Shown here: in pieces, positions 13,430 to 15,264 of the stretch
Numbering within the stretch: position 1 is the stretch's first letter
Layout of the letters: each line of letters begins with the position of its first letter
Virus record (IMG/VR): IMGVR_UViG_2645727868_000018
Direction: 5' to 3' (one strand)
From: a virus
Taxonomy: Duplodnaviria > Heunggongvirae > Uroviricota > Caudoviricetes
Length of the DNA stretch: 15,264 nt
Translations under genes and position numbers: made by a program
The notes under the pieces: generated by a model
The model's input: the letters and a program-made list of their open reading frames with translations, nothing else
Database searches by the model: none
What the model was told of the DNA's origin: nothing

Positions 13430-13459
13430 GCTGGCACCAGGTTAACACCTGGCGCCAGC
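13430..13459. repeat. 30-bp near-perfect palindrome GCTGGCACCAGG-TTAACA-CCTGGCGCCAGC between convergent genes
   Basis: 12-bp arms with one mismatch around a 6-nt loop, in the 174-bp gap between the antirepressor stop and the lipoprotein stop. No flanking U-tract on either strand, so not a canonical intrinsic terminator. Confidence 0.3.
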
Positions 13460-13475
13460 TTGAAGGAGACTTCAG

Positions 13476-14399
13476 TTATTGGTTTCTGAGGAAAGCGATT
13501 CTTGAAAGGGTCATTTGCGTCTGGCAGTCGACCATTTTCTTGACTTCAGCATCTGTTCCCTGCATTGAAACTTTACCGCACATAGCATCCTTAGTTTTGA
13601 TCCACTGACGCTGAGAAGGCAGCAAATCTTTTTTCTTCGCCGGGGTTAACTTGCTCCAGACGGTACTCAAATCAGAGTCGGCATTCGCAAATGCCATTCG
13701 GGACTGATCAAGGTTGTCAGCTTTTTGCGGCTGAAGTTGTGCCTGTCTCTCTATTTGCTTCTCCGCCTCATACTTAGCCTGTTCTTGCGCCCTGAGTTGC
13801 ACCTGTTGTTCCGCTTCAATTTGACTCTGTTGGGCATCCTTAGCCTGCTGGATTTTCTGCTGCTCAACGATCGGGGTGATAATGGAAAGCGATGTCAGTA
13901 AAGCGGCGCCCACTGATATCGGATTATCAGTAGAGGTTTTTACAAAAACGTTTTTCTGATCGTCGGTCGCCTGCACGGTGTAGGTGATACGTTTTGAAAA
14001 GGCGTTTGCGTTGTTCTCCAAAAACAGGCTTTCCATTTGCTTATCGAGATTACGATTAAAATTCTTTCTGTAAGCATCTGAAAGCTGGACGTACTCGTTC
14101 GCAGATAGAGTCATCGTCACGGTCCCTTCACAAGTTTTCATTGTGCTGCCCGTGTCACTTGATGTTGTGGAGATCTCAGAGATGGCTAGTTTGATCTTGT
14201 CCAGTGTGCTTCGTTTGGTCTGATTAGTGACATCAGGGTATTTATCGACCTGTTCAGAGAGTCCTTCATAAGCAGATTTTTTTAATAAATCCATGAGAGC
14301 TGACTGGGTTATTTCCGAAGAACAACCGATCTCATCTTTTTTGTTATCACAGCCTGTAAGGGCAATGGCGAGTAAGAGTACTGAGTATTTTAATCTCAT
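13476..14399 (-). CDS. Lipoprotein with C-terminal DUF1311 (LprI-like) domain and central Gln/Ala/Glu-rich coiled coil
   Basis: N-terminal signal peptide with lipobox (MRLKYSVLLLAIALTGC). C-terminus ...SQRQWIKTKDAMCGKVSMQGTDAEVKKMVDCQTQMTLSRIAFLRN fits the DUF1311 pattern recalled from memory. 307-aa ORF. Confidence 0.75.
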   Translation of the reverse strand: MRLKYSVLLLAIALTGCDNKKDEIGCSSEITQSALMDLLKKSAYEGLSEQVDKYPDVTNQTKRSTLDKIKLAISEISTTSSDTGSTMKTCEGTVTMTLSANEYVQLSDAYRKNFNRNLDKQMESLFLENNANAFSKRITYTVQATDDQKNVFVKTSTDNPISVGAALLTSLSIITPIVEQQKIQQAKDAQQSQIEAEQQVQLRAQEQAKYEAEKQIERQAQLQPQKADNLDQSRMAFANADSDLSTVWSKLTPAKKKDLLPSQRQWIKTKDAMCGKVSMQGTDAEVKKMVDCQTQMTLSRIAFLRNQ

Positions 14400-15003
14400 G
14401 AATTCCCTTTAGAGTAAGGATTGGTTTTTAAGACGCGGTCTGTAATCAGTCCCGAGAGCTACAGTAAACAACGCTGAGCACTGAACGCATCACAGGTAAG
14501 GTAAAAGGTGATATCGGCAAAGGCTGTGAAACCTTTAATTCAACAGATGGGAACGGTATGCGCAGGATCCTGTAACGACGCTCCCAAAACCGGAAACCTG
14601 TAAGGCATGTTTTCGCTGCTGAACTTAATATACGAACCTGCACTATCATGAACATATTTTATATCGTTATACCCCGAGTGATTGTGCCCGGCAATGGATA
14701 GTGTCCTGGAGGAACTATTTCTACTGTAAAAGGTAGATATTTAATTTCAGTTTTGAATTATTCCCTGCTGTTAATAACAATGGCTGTATATGGCACCGAG
14801 TAGGCATTTTTTCGCTTACTGAAGGGCAGCTGTGAGCGAGGAACAGACTTTCCCTACTTCGTTGAGAGTACACCTAGTACAATCAAGGCTAAATGATAAA
14901 AATATACAAAATATCATATTTATGATATATATAATGGCATTAATCTTATTCTTGGATTACGTTGAAAGGGTAATATTATATTTGTGTAACATAGTTTAGA
15001 TAA

Positions 15004-15264
<261 letters not shown>

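Noticed and set aside
14446-14655. 69-aa minus-strand ORF upstream of the lipoprotein gene
   Set aside because: It has no convincing RBS and lies in the lipoprotein gene's upstream promoter region on the same strand. Its composition is not protein-like, so it is probably non-coding.

Overview
The window opens in conserved enterobacterial core DNA: complete pgsA, then the glyW-cysT-leuZ tRNA operon with its own promoter and intrinsic terminator. Directly after tRNA-Leu(UAA) sits a roughly 12 kb lambdoid, Rac-like prophage-type element with no morphogenesis or lysis genes visible in this window. Its leftward operon runs 106-aa ORF, 738-aa protein with a Sak/Rad52-like domain, Gp157-like protein, a 60-aa CsrA-like ORF, a small ORF, excisionase-like gene and tyrosine integrase (minus strand). 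Upstream of that operon lies an ~850-nt repeat-rich stretch with no credible ORF, then the immunity switch: an XRE-type repressor with no peptidase domain, a divergent Cro/YdaS-like gene and a CII/YdaT-like gene. Rightward follow a replisome-organizer gene with internal iteron-like repeats, a DnaB-family helicase, a run of translationally coupled small ORFs, and an ORF6N antirepressor preceded by a near-consensus promoter and a short hairpin-plus-U7 terminator. The window ends with a convergent DUF1311-type lipoprotein gene, an AT-rich tract, and the 5' end of cheY without its usual upstream che genes. The most unusual signals are a motif pair (CGCCTGACCAGCG and GAGGAAAGACC-ATG) recurring only in the sense orientation at several gene starts and in the leftward leader, the CsrA-like ORF, a tRNA-like T-arm fragment inside the leader, and the fused architecture of the 738-aa protein. 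All family assignments are made by eye from the translations; no database search was run.
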